This document shows, piece by piece, positions 38,366-50,022 of a stretch of 64,000 bases of DNA. The translations under genes and the position numbers were made by a program. Origin of the DNA: Octopus sinensis (Eukaryota); NCBI RefSeq assembly GCF_006345805.1, contig NC_043020.1, positions 27,094,001 through 27,158,000 on the forward strand, read 5' to 3'. Every line of letters begins with the position of its first letter. The first letter of the stretch is position 1. Below the pieces are notes generated by a model. That model saw only the letters and a list, made by a program, of their open reading frames with translations, was not told the DNA's origin and did not search any database.

Positions 38366-38633
38366 GTCTTACACAATTATCTAAGACTTTTGTACCGGTA
38401 CAGTAGACCCCAAAAAAAAAAAAAAAAAATTACCATGCCCCCCTTTCCATACAGACACACACACATGCATACATACACACACACACATACAGACTGACAA
38501 TCCCACACACCTATGTTTGCTTGCATATATATATATATATAAATATATGTGTATATTTAGATATTACATGCATATATATATATGTATATATATTTGTTAT
38601 ATACAGCAGACATGCTCATACATTGCTACAGTG

Positions 38634-38671
<38 letters not shown>

Positions 38672-41600
38672 GTATATGTATACATACACATATACATACG
38701 TATACATGCACACATACATATGCACACACATTTACACTCACACATGCATACAGTCATACATACACACTTATATACACACTCATATACATCCTACATGACT
38801 CCCAGTCAATTGCTGTCTCAAGCAGTTTGTACGCTGCTCAATTTTATTCTTTCTTAATGTTGTTTGTTGTTTCTGTTTCGTTTTTTTTTTTTTTTTTTTC
38901 TCCATATACTTTGTTTAAATAAAGGTTTCTGTCTAATTTTAAATAACCAAAATGCTATTACTACTGCTACGATATCATTTATGGTCCTTTTTTTTTTTTA
39001 ATATTTCCCCCCTCTCTCTCTCTCTCTCTCGCTCTCCTTACCCAGATGAGTATCTTTAGCTACACACACACTCACACGTAACCTGTGTGCTAGACTAAAT
39101 GCCATACCATTCATCTTGCATTCATGATTCCAAAGTACCGCCTTCCTTTAATCATTTTCCCGTTCTATCTTGTTATAGTCGATGTTATTGTTAAACCCCA
39201 GGTCAGCTCTGATTCAAGCACACCTACGATCAAAAGCACTCCAGCTGTGACAATCCCATCTTTTCAGGAGTAGGAAGACTACATTATTTAATGCAGGGGT
39301 TTTCAACCATTTTTCTGCCCATGGACGCCTTTGGTTATTTTTTTTACTCTGGTGGACCCTCCCATATTGATTTAGTGATTTGACGTTTAAAAACTAGTTT
39401 TATAGATACTTCATTTGAAATTCCTGTTTACTTGTGTCGGCTTGCAATAGAAATCTTTGAGGGATTATCTTTGTGGTGCACCTGAGCACTGTATACAATA
39501 ATTTCATTATTATGATTATTATTTTTATTATTGTCTTTCACTGGCCAGAAACATGTTGAACTAAACTTATGTAAAACCCAAGAGAAAGGAACATAGTTGT
39601 TCCTTGCAATAAATTCATCATCATCATCATTATCATCGTTGTTTATCGTCAGCCTTCCATGCTGGTATGGGTTGGATGGTTTGACAGGAGCTGGCCAGGC
39701 AGAGGACTGCACCACATTACTGTGTCTGGTTTAGCAGGGTTTTCATGGCATAAGCACAGCATGGTCGCAATGACTGAAGCAATAAATGAAGAATGTAGAC
39801 CTAGATATATTCAAAAAGATAGGACGGGTGTAGCTGGAATGCTTTTGGTTGTACCGTTGCTCAGTTGAAGCTGACTTTGGACTATAAACTACAACAACTC
39901 CATAAGATTGAACTTTCCACAATTTAATAACACATTGGGTCGTAATCTCATTGCTGGAGATTTAGCCTTTGTCTAGTGTTGAGGACGTATGAGCTTGTTA
40001 AAAGCCTGTATCAATTCCTCATCATTCTGTCCTTTTGGTTGAGATGAAAATGTTCAACTTAGCCATGATAAAGGCTTGGTGCCAATTAATACCCACAAAA
40101 TCCATTGTTTCAACACATTAGACCCAACATTTTATTTATCTGACCTGTTAACGCTACATTAATAGAAATAAAATAGTTATGAATTTCTCCAGCCCTGATT
40201 TTGTTTTTGTGTTTTTAGAAAAAGGGTATGCAAAAAAAAAAAAAACACTCAAAACAGGTTTTCTATCTGAGAAATATTCCGTGGGAATGGGTCGGTCGTT
40301 TTTGTTCAGTTTTGTCTCCATTTGTCTTGTCTGTATTTTTGTTGATAAATTCCAATCTCACCATTTCATACACAACAACACTCTTTGCTTACAAAACTCT
40401 TTCTTTCCCTTCAAATCTTTGAAGATTTCTAAATTAAAATTTTTTCACCAATTCACCACATGCACATAACCTGCATATAAAAAAACTGCACCACATTATT
40501 TTATTTTATTTCTTTTTTTTTTCATTTTTGTTTTATATATTTTTTTTTTGTAAACTGAAAAACTGAAATGTTTAGAGAAAATTTCAAATTAAAAATAATA
40601 ATAATAAATGCTATCTGCTTTCTTAATTTAATATTGAGCTTTTTGCAGCATGCTTCCTCAGTTGAAATGATGCCCTATAAAAAAAATTTTTAAAACGAAA
40701 GAAAGAAGATTTAGTTTAAACAATGCATGAGAATTCTTCTTGTTGTAATTATATATTCTGGTTAACATCTATTAGTTGATAGTGTTTCTCTCTCTCTTTC
40801 TTTCCCTCCTTTGTTCTTGTGCGGGTTCAGTTTCTGAACTTACCGAAATAGTGCAGTGTGTCTGCCGGCATTATTGTTTGTTGAATAAGTTGTAAGGTCT
40901 TTGAAACAATGATCGAGAACAGTTTTGATTTACATTTCAAAACATGGTTGGGAAACTCATAAAGGACAGTCAACCAGTCAGATAAACATAGACAGACAGA
41001 CAGACAGACCAGTGGGTAGGTGGGGGAGAATGTTGGAAATTGCTGTCAACCTATATTTAGTTATTGTTATTGTAGTTCTGTTATCTAGAATGGAATTCTA
41101 CCCCGTTCTCTCTTTTCTCTGACAATCAGTCATAAAATTTTGTTTTGGGACCCAGATTTTTTTTTATTATTGAAAACCCCACTATTACAAAATACATCCT
41201 ACCAAGGAGCCTCGACCTGGACTCTCAACCTACTAGAAGTTGCTGCCAGATCTCCCTCAAACCATTGTCTAATGTAGTTTTGGTCATGCTTCATTGATGA
41301 ATAACCAACACTGAGTTAAACACTAACACCACCACCACCAACGACAACAACATCGTTTGTTGCCTGTTTTCAGACCCTGGATGTATGATGTAATAGAAAG
41401 AATGAGAAGCTGAGCCCTACACAAGCAAACCCAGCTTCATATTGTGTTGCTTCTGTGTATGGATGCCAAACCTCAAATCTGCCATTTGCCACAAATCCTG
41501 TGAGTGGATTTGGTAGATGGAAACTATGTTGAAGCCTTCTGTGTGTGTGTGTGTGTGTGGTTTGTTTGGCAATGCAAACAGAATTAGCACTAAACTTGAG

Positions 41601-42206
41601 TCAAACTATTCAACAAAAAAAAAAAAAGAAAGAAAAAAACTTCAAAGCAGTGCTCCAGCATGGCTGCAGGTCAATGACTGCAACAAATAAAAGATGGGTT
41701 CGAATTAAGGGAGATTTGGCTGCTATTTTCTTGCGGGTTGACCAACCATCTAGATGCCCCCCCCCCATTAGCTTGTTTTGTTTCTTATTTGAAGTGTGTT
41801 GTGTCTCTGCTGTGTATATTACTGTTTCTCAATTCTTTATCCCACCCGTTGCCTTCTGCCCCTTGTCCATATGTCGGTCTTTCACTCTGATTAGAGATCA
41901 CGAACCCCCCCATCCTCGTCATGCAGTTCTGTGTTGATATATTGGTTATATAATGTGTCTGAATTTGGGTAGTGATGTCTTCTCCTTGTCTCCTCTCTCT
42001 TTCCAATGCACACACACACGTTGGCTGTTCAGACATTAGATATTTCTCTTTCATTTCATTCAGGCAAACATTACAAATAGTTTTTTGCTGCACACATGTA
42101 TATGTTTATTTATTTATATATATATATATATAATATATATATAATATATATATATATAAATGTGTGTGTGTGTGTATGTATTTGTGTATGTATGTCTATG
42201 TGTGTG

Positions 42207-42294
<88 letters not shown>

Positions 42295-42707
42295 CGTATG
42301 TATGTGTGTGTGTGTATATATATAGTATATCCTTGGTTTTTTTTTTTTAAGTTACACATTATTTTTATTGTGATTTCCTGTTATTTTTATTTTTTCCATT
42401 CCTCTACACCTGCACATCACATTTAAACACATCCACACACCCATTCCCACACAACTTTTTCCTTTTTTTTTTTTTAATTTTTCAAAGATATTAGCTAAAC
42501 TAAAATATTTAGCATGCAGTTGCTTGTTTTGAAACTAATAGCTTGTCTACTTTCACTTTCCTGTCTCTCTCTCTCTCTTTCTCTCATATTCCACATTTAA
42601 GATATTCAAATGTAGCTTCAAAGAGGTTTTTTTAAACATTTTGTGAAAGAAGGAAAGGGCTTCAGTACATTTTTAACACATCTCTGTTTGATATGAGCAC
42701 TATAAGA

Positions 42708-42738
<31 letters not shown>

Positions 42739-42740
42739 AT

Positions 42741-43088
42741 CAAGAGCACAAACCTCCACCAAGGCAACACCAATGTCCTCTCAACGATTAGCCGGAGATG
42801 ATTTTTAAAATGAGAATATCTGAAATAAACTCAACTGCTCTCACAAACGAGAATACTAAAAATGAACCTGATCGCTCTCAGAGATTAAGTAAAAAACAGG
42901 AAAGATAATCCGGAATCTTTGTCCGGTACCGGATCGATCCCAAAATCTAATCAGTTCATGCCAGTCACGAGGCCAAACATCCTTGAAAGTTTCATCGGAA
43001 TCTGTCCAGTGGTTCTTGAGATATCTTGTCCACGGACAAACAAACACAAATGAAAACAATACCTCCATCTTTGCTAAAGCAGAGGTAA
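42741..43088 (+). mobile_element. Helentron/HINE-like element; second copy 61131-61496
   Basis: Two roughly 350-bp homologous copies in (AAT)n context, caagagcac...aacctcc start and terminal stem-loop aatacctcYg...gYggaggtaat; class assignment is inference. Confidence 0.6.
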
Positions 43089-44310
43089 TAATAAAAATCA
43101 TTAGTCTGTCCCTCCTACAATCCGTTTCTAGGGCATTCTTGTTGGGTTTTTTTTCCTCTCTCTCTCTCTCTCTCATTAGTCCCTTATTTCAATGAACTAA
43201 TTGAAATTTTTGTTCCAAACCATCCTAATTTATTTATTTAATGTGGATTCTATAGCAGTAAGCAACCAAATGTTTGTTCTTTGCAAAGCGAAATTGTGTC
43301 ATGGCTTCCCAGCAGAACTTGCACATGATTTCCTGTCTGTCATCTCTTTCTTCGTTCTGTGCTCTTCTGCCTCCTCCTCTTTTCATGCTACCACACCCCC
43401 AAACCCCATCTCACCACCTCAGCTCAGCTTTGCTCAGCTCCATTTTTTTTTTTTTTCTTTAATTTCAATGTCTTCCCTTGCCAGAGTTTTTTTTTTTTTT
43501 CCTTTTTTTTTCTTTTTAATCACCCTGCCAATTAATTCATTAATTAACTATGATGATGATGTTGATAGCTGCTATTATTAGTGCTCTCTTACTACTACTA
43601 CTATTACTACTACTGTCCTTCTGAAACTTCTAGTATAACTCACACACATATACACAACAACAATATCCATCTCCACACACACATACACCCTTATCACCAG
43701 TTCAGGGTTTCAAACCCTGTCGGTTGATATCTAGTTTTTTTTTCCCCCAAATATTTTAACAAGGGTTTTTTTTTCGTTTATAATTTTTTTCATACAATTT
43801 ATCAATTATTGGCTTAGATAGGAAATCATGCCTCGTTAGCTTAATAAATTATATTATATATATATATTTTAAAAAAAAGCAATTGTACATTTTTTTTCTT
43901 GATAGATTTTTTTTTAACCATAAACTTTTGTGTTTATTTCTACTTTAGAGATGTTACTGTTTTCTGTAGAATAAAAAAAAAAGAAAAAAATGAGAGAGAA
44001 AACATATGCATGTATATATATATATATGTATGTATATATATATATATATGTATGTATATGTGTGTATATATATATAGATATTTATATATATATATTTATA
44101 TGTTACTTGTATCTTTTGTCTACCTACATTGATATTAAGTACTACTACTACCTACTACTACTACTACTAGACGTCACGTTGACCTGAGGCTTCCGAAGAC
44201 ATACTTGATGTGTGTCCTGAACCTAGATCATGGCATTGGCAAAATGGATGATGTGTTGCTACCACATGGTTTCCGTTTCATTGATACTGACTTCCTTCTT
44301 TTGCTTCCAG

Positions 44311-44412
44311 GGGTCGCTCTACCTGCAGGACCAGTTCCATGTCACTATGCACTACAGTCAGCCCAAAATGGGGCCTGAGAAGGTACAGAAGTGTGACTGG
44401 GTTTGTACGAAG
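44311..44412 (+). CDS. RBM5: RBM5/10 coding exon 6: RRM1 end and first half of RanBP2 ZnF (MHYSQPK...DWVCTK)
   Basis: tactgac branch, pyrimidine tract and cag; AAG|gtaagt donor. Confidence 0.95.
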
Positions 44413-44667
44413 GTAAGTAAGGAGTGTGCCTTGTTTTTTGGGGGTTTTTTTGTGTTTTTTTTCACTTGTTTCAGTCATTTGACTGTGGCCATGCTGGAGC
44501 ACCGCCTTTAATCGAGCAAATCGACCCCGGGACTTATTCTTTTGTAAGCCCAGTACTTATTCTATCGGTCTCTTTTTGCCGAACCGCTAAGTGATGGGGA
44601 CGTAAACACACCAGCATCGGTTGTCAAGCAATGCTAGGGGGACAAACACAGACACACAAACACATAA

Positions 44668-44698
<31 letters not shown>

Positions 44699-45700
44699 CA
44701 TATATACGACAGGCTTCTTTCAGTTTCCGTCTACCAAATCCACTCACAAGGCATTGGTCGGCCCGGGGCTATAGCAGAAGACACTTGCCCAAGATGCCAC
44801 GCAGTGGGACTGAACCCGGAATCATGTGGTTGGTTAGCAAGCTACTTACCACACAGCCACTCCTGTGCCTATCTTTTATTTTCTTTATCTTTTTTGCTCA
44901 TACCACATAAAAGCACCTGGCACATTCTGTAAAGTGGTGGGCATTAGGAAGGGCATCCAGCTGTAGAAACCATGCTAAAACAGACGACTGGGGCCTGGTG
45001 CAGCTCACCAGCATATACAAAGGACGTTAAACGATGATGACTTGTTTTAGTCATTGGACTGTGGTCCAGAAGGGTTTTAGTCAAACAAATCGACCCTGGT
45101 GCTTATTTTTTTAACCCTTTAGCATTTAAACTGGTCATATCCAGCCCAAAATATCCTTCTTGTTTTGTGTTCAAACTATCCAGATCCAGCCTCTCGCACC
45201 TAACCTACTATGTCATTCTAAAAATAAACAATCACTTTTTCAAATATCTTAAGCTACAAGATAATACATGATTAATTCATAAAAATGCGAATAAATAAGC
45301 ATTATATTGGACACAATAATCTGGATGCTAAAGGGTTAAAGTCCGGGGCTTATTCTGTCGGTCTCTTTTTGCTGGACTGCTTCGTTACTGGGACGTAAAC
45401 AAACCAGTGTTTATTGTCAAGCCGTTAGGTTGTGGGGGACAAACACGCACCCACACATATCGCATGACCGGCTAGGCTATCAGATGTTGTTACACATTGC
45501 TGGTCACAATGCACTTTGCATCATTTTAGCCTTTGAATGGTGCCACCCACTGGCTAGGCGAGCAGAGCACCATTCCCCCCTTGATCAAAAGTGGGGTCTG
45601 CAGCAACATGAAATGAAGCATTCTGCTCAAGAACACAATTCGCTGCCCGATCTAGGAATTGATCCCATGATCCAGTGATCATGTGTGCAATAGCCTAACC

Positions 45701-46613
45701 TATTTCTTTACTACCCACAAGGGGCCAAACACGGAGAGGACAAACAAGGACAGACGAACGGATCAAGTCGATTATATAGACCCCAGTGCATAACTGGTAC
45801 CTAATTTATCGACCCCGAAAGGATGAAAGGCAAAGTCGACCTCGGCAGAATTTGAACTCAGAACGTAACGGCAGACGAAATACCTATTTCTATTTCTTTA
45901 CTACCCACAAGGGGCTAAACACAGAGGAGACAAACAAGGATAGACAGACGAATTAAGTCGATTATATCGACCCCAGTGCGTAACTGGTACCTAATTTATC
46001 GACCCCCGAAAGGATGAAAGGCAAAGTCGACCTCGGCAGAATTTGAACTCAGAACGTAACGGCAGACGAAATACCTATTTCTATTTCTTTACTACCCACA
46101 AGGGGCTAAACACAGAGGAGACAAACAAGGATAGACAGACGGATTAAGTCGATTATATCGACCCCCAGTGCGTAACTGGTACTTTATTTATCGACCCTGA
46201 AAGGATGAAAGGCAAAGTCGACCTCGGCAGAATTTGAACTCAGAACATAACGGCAGACGAAATACCTATTTCTATTTCTTTGCTACCCACAAGGGACTAA
46301 ACACAGAGAGGACAAACAAGGATAGACAAATGGATCAAGTCGATTATATCAACCCCAGTGCGTAATTGGTACTTTATTTATTGACCCCCGAAAAGATGAA
46401 AGGCAAAGTCGACCTCGGCGGAATTTGAACTCAGAACGTAGCGACAGACGAAATACTGCTCCCAGTGCGTAACTGGTACTTTATTTATCGACCCCCGAAA
46501 GGATGAAAGGCAAAGTCGACCTCGGCAGAATTTGAACTCAGAACGTAGCGACAGACGAAATACTGCTAAGCATTTCGCCTGGCTAACGTTTCTGCCAGCT
46601 CGCCGCCTTCACA
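45701..46613 (-). repeat. SINE B multimer: four units of about 190 bp, a partial internal duplication and one head, with a 13-bp TSD
   Basis: Unit tails start at 45701, 45891, 46082, 46273; partial repeat from 46460; caatagcctaacc at 45688-45700 and 46614-46626. Confidence 0.92.
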
Positions 46614-46763
46614 CAATAGCCTAACCACCGCACCACATTCCTTCACTATATACAAACTCTCTCTCTCTCTCTCTCAAGCACAAACACACATGTGTATATA
46701 TATGTATATCTACACATTTTAGAAAAATAGTTACTCATATTTTTAAAATTCTGTTCATTTCAG

Positions 46764-46824
46764 TGTGGAGCTCACAATTTCAAACGAAGAGATTTCTGTT
46801 TCCAATGCAGTGTGTCACGAGAAG
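46764..46824 (+). CDS. RBM5: RBM5/10 coding exon 7: ZnF second half CGAHNFKRRDFCFQCSVSRE
   Basis: tttcag acceptor, GAA G|gtaagc donor; 61 nt. Confidence 0.95.
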
Positions 46825-47366
46825 GTAAGCTCCCTCCCTCCTTTACCTGTTCTTTTTATGCCCTCTTTTGTGGGTCAGTGGGTGGGCGGATGGATACGAG
46901 AAAATCTCGAGAGATTTCAGTCTTTTCCTTAATCGGAATGTGGCTCTGTATTTGCTTTAGTATGTGTCGTCATCATTTCATGTGTTGGCATAGAAACCGT
47001 CACTGGCAGATAACGATGATTGGTTTTTTTCTTGTGGATTTTTCAGAGTAGGAAGAGGAGGAGGAAAAGCAGTGACTAATAATATTTTTATTTTTCCAGC
47101 AAGTACAGGCATATAACTCCAGACATGTTTCAGTTTTATTCTGACCTCATCAGTAAATTATAAACTTCATCTTACGTACAAGATTTGACACAAGGACATA
47201 CAAACGTTTAGAGAATAGATAATGCAGCTGACATTTATTCAAAGAAAATATATATATATATATGTACAGAACTGCAAATATATGTTTCAGTTCTAGAATC
47301 TGTCTCTTAGATAATTTCTAGTTCTTCATGATGTGCTTCTAATTGCTTCTTCATATGGTTTTCCAG

Positions 47367-47426
47367 AATCAGAACGAGCCAAAGAAGGAGATGGATTTGA
47401 CCAAGTTGGAACAAACCCTTGCAATA
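47367..47426 (+). CDS. RBM5: RBM5/10 coding exon 8: linker ESERAKEGDGFDQVGTNPCN
   Basis: ttccag acceptor, AAT A|gtaagt donor, phase 1 to 1. Confidence 0.9.
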
Positions 47427-48969
47427 GTAAGTTTGAGGTTTGCCTTTTAACATTTAAAAAAAAAAATTTTTTTGTGTCTCTTTGGTTTTTTACTATTCAG
47501 TGTTGCACAACCTGTGCGCAGTACGTCTGGTGGAGTATCTTGCTCCCTTCACAGTAGCAGCAGTGTGCCGGGATCGGAATTCTACATTAGTCCACTTTTT
47601 GAAGGATGTGAAGGTATGATAGCGGGACATTAGGATGTACATTTGTTTTTCAAGTCAGGTTCTTGTTCTATGAGTGTCTTTTTCCAATCTAAGTTACAGT
47701 TTCCCAAGGTGCCACTGTATGGCACCTTGGGCATGTGTCTTCTACTGTAGCCTCGGGCCGACCAAAGTTTTGTGCGTGGATTTGGTGGGTGGAAGCTGAG
47801 GGAGGCCCGTCGTATATGTGTATGTGTGTATATATGTTTGTGTGTCTGTTTGTCCCCTAACTTAGCGGTTTGGCAAAAGAGACCGACAGAATAAGTACCT
47901 TGGCTTCCAAAGAATAAGTCCTGGGGTCAATTTGCTCGACTAAAGGCGGTGCTCCAGCATGGCCACAGTCAAATGACTGAAACTGGTAAAAGAGAAACCA
48001 ACACTGGTTATCAAGCAGTAGGTGGAGCACACACACATACATATACTATAAGCTGCTTTCAGTTTCCATCTACCAAATCTATTTACAAGGCTTTGGTCAT
48101 CCTAGGGCTTTTGTAGAAGACACTTGCCCAAGGTGCCATGTAGTGGGACTGAACTCAAAACCAAGTTGTTGGGGAGCAAATGTCTTATCACTCAACCAAA
48201 CCTGTAATTAAAAATCAATCTTTCATAAATATCTGGTAAATTAGACACATTCTACTATAAGTGAAACCTGATGAAATTCCTCATCATACATTCGTTTTCC
48301 ATGCTGGCATGTGTTGGACAGTTTGACAAAAGCTGACCAGCTGAAGGGCTGTTCAGGCTCCATGTCTTGTTTTTGGCATGGTTTCTATGGCTGGAAGCCC
48401 TTCCTAATGCCATTTATAGGACAGAAATCAGCCCAAGTTAAATTTGAACCTAGTGCAGAGAGATGGAGGCCCCTCCTAATATGCCAACCACTTTACAGAG
48501 TGGACCCTCATTCACAAAATGCATAATACATACACACATACATGGATATAAAATATACAAAAAAAGCAACCAATCCAGGTACAGAACTACTGTACCTGAC
48601 ATTTAGGGAAGATAGGGTGACACCCCTGATCCTTTTTGTAGGGCCCTTTGGCTGGTGGAGTCAGGATGTGAATGGAGTTATTCTCCAACCAGGCATGAGT
48701 GATATATATGTCTATCGTTAAAGATTGTCCTACTTCATCATCATCATCATCGTTTAACGTCCGTTTTCCATGCTAGCATCGGTTGGACGGTTTTGACTGA
48801 GGGCTGGCAACCAGATGGCTGCACCAGGTTCCAGTCTTCATCTGGCACGGTTTCTACAGCTGGATGCCCTTCCTAACGCCAACCACTCCGAGAGTGTTAG
48901 TGGGTGCTTTTTACATGCCGCCTACTTCTTCCTTTAATTTATATTTTTTTCCTATCTATTTTCTTACAG

Positions 48970-49234
48970 CTTTGATATTCCGTGGTCTGGACGCCCTGAC
49001 CACTGAAGAGACGTTGTCGCAAGCGCTGAGCCAGCAGATGTCGCTTACACTGAAGAACATTAAGATTATCCGTGATGAACTAACGAACACGTCACAGGGC
49101 TACGGCTTTGCCGAAATGGGTTCCATCCTCGAGTCTACACAAGTCTTGGAGCATTTACGCCAGATGAACCCACCTTTTGAAGTGGAGGGCAAACTAATCT
49201 TGGTAGCATTTGCCAAGAACACCTTTAGTACAGT
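48970..49234 (+). CDS. RBM5: RBM5/10 coding exon 9: RRM2 (TLIFRGLDALTTEE...GYGFAEM...VAFAK)
   Basis: ttcttacag acceptor, GT|gtaagt donor (phase 2); within ORF 48864..49238. Confidence 0.95.
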
Positions 49235-49264
49235 GTAAGTACCGGTTTCTCTAAACCCCCTTTT

Positions 49265-49302
<38 letters not shown>

Positions 49303-49828
49303 ATTATAGTCGCTGTGTGGCAAGTAGCTTGCTTCCCAACCACATGGTTTTGTGTTGAGTCCCACTGTGTGGCCCTTTGGGCATCATCATTATTATCATT
49401 CAAGCAGTTTTTCTCTGTTCCAAGGCCTAGTACCCTGGTGAAAGAAGTTGTTTCAACCCTTTAGCATTCAGATTACTCTGTCGAATGTAATGTTTGTTTG
49501 ACAATCCTTCAAGGTGGTGCTCCAGCATGGCTACAGTCCAGTGACTAAAACAAGCATAAGGTGTGTGTGTGTGTGTACATATGTATTGTAATTTTCTTTT
49601 TGTTTGTTTTTTTTTTATTTACCATGAACTAATTAACCTGAGGATGTAAACTTGATCATGACACATCAGTGGGGGGATTACAGATTATCCTAATCCCTTC
49701 CTCTCCTTTAATTAACGTTTATATTTTTGCATGAAGTTCATAAATATCACAAACCTATCTGCTCTGCTAATGTTGATTTTCTTTTTTTTCTTTTTTTTTC
49801 CTCTTTTTCCTTCTTTTTCTTCCCATAG

Positions 49829-49877
49829 AATGGCAACACTCAACAGCCGACCTAACTCTTACACGGGAGGTCAAATG
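49829..49877 (+). CDS. RBM5: RBM5/10 coding exon 10: MATLNSRPNSYTGGQM
   Basis: Long pyrimidine tract and tag acceptor; ATG|gtgagt donor; alternative donors nearby. Confidence 0.85.
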
Positions 49878-50022
49878 GTGAGTAAGGTAATTTCACTACG
49901 ATCGGATGGTGTGGGAAACCATAATTGATGATCTCTTAAACTACTACTACTACTCGTTCTCTCTTTCCTGCCTCTCTCTCTTCTTGCTTCTCTCTCTCTG
50001 TTTTCCATTCCAAATGCATATA

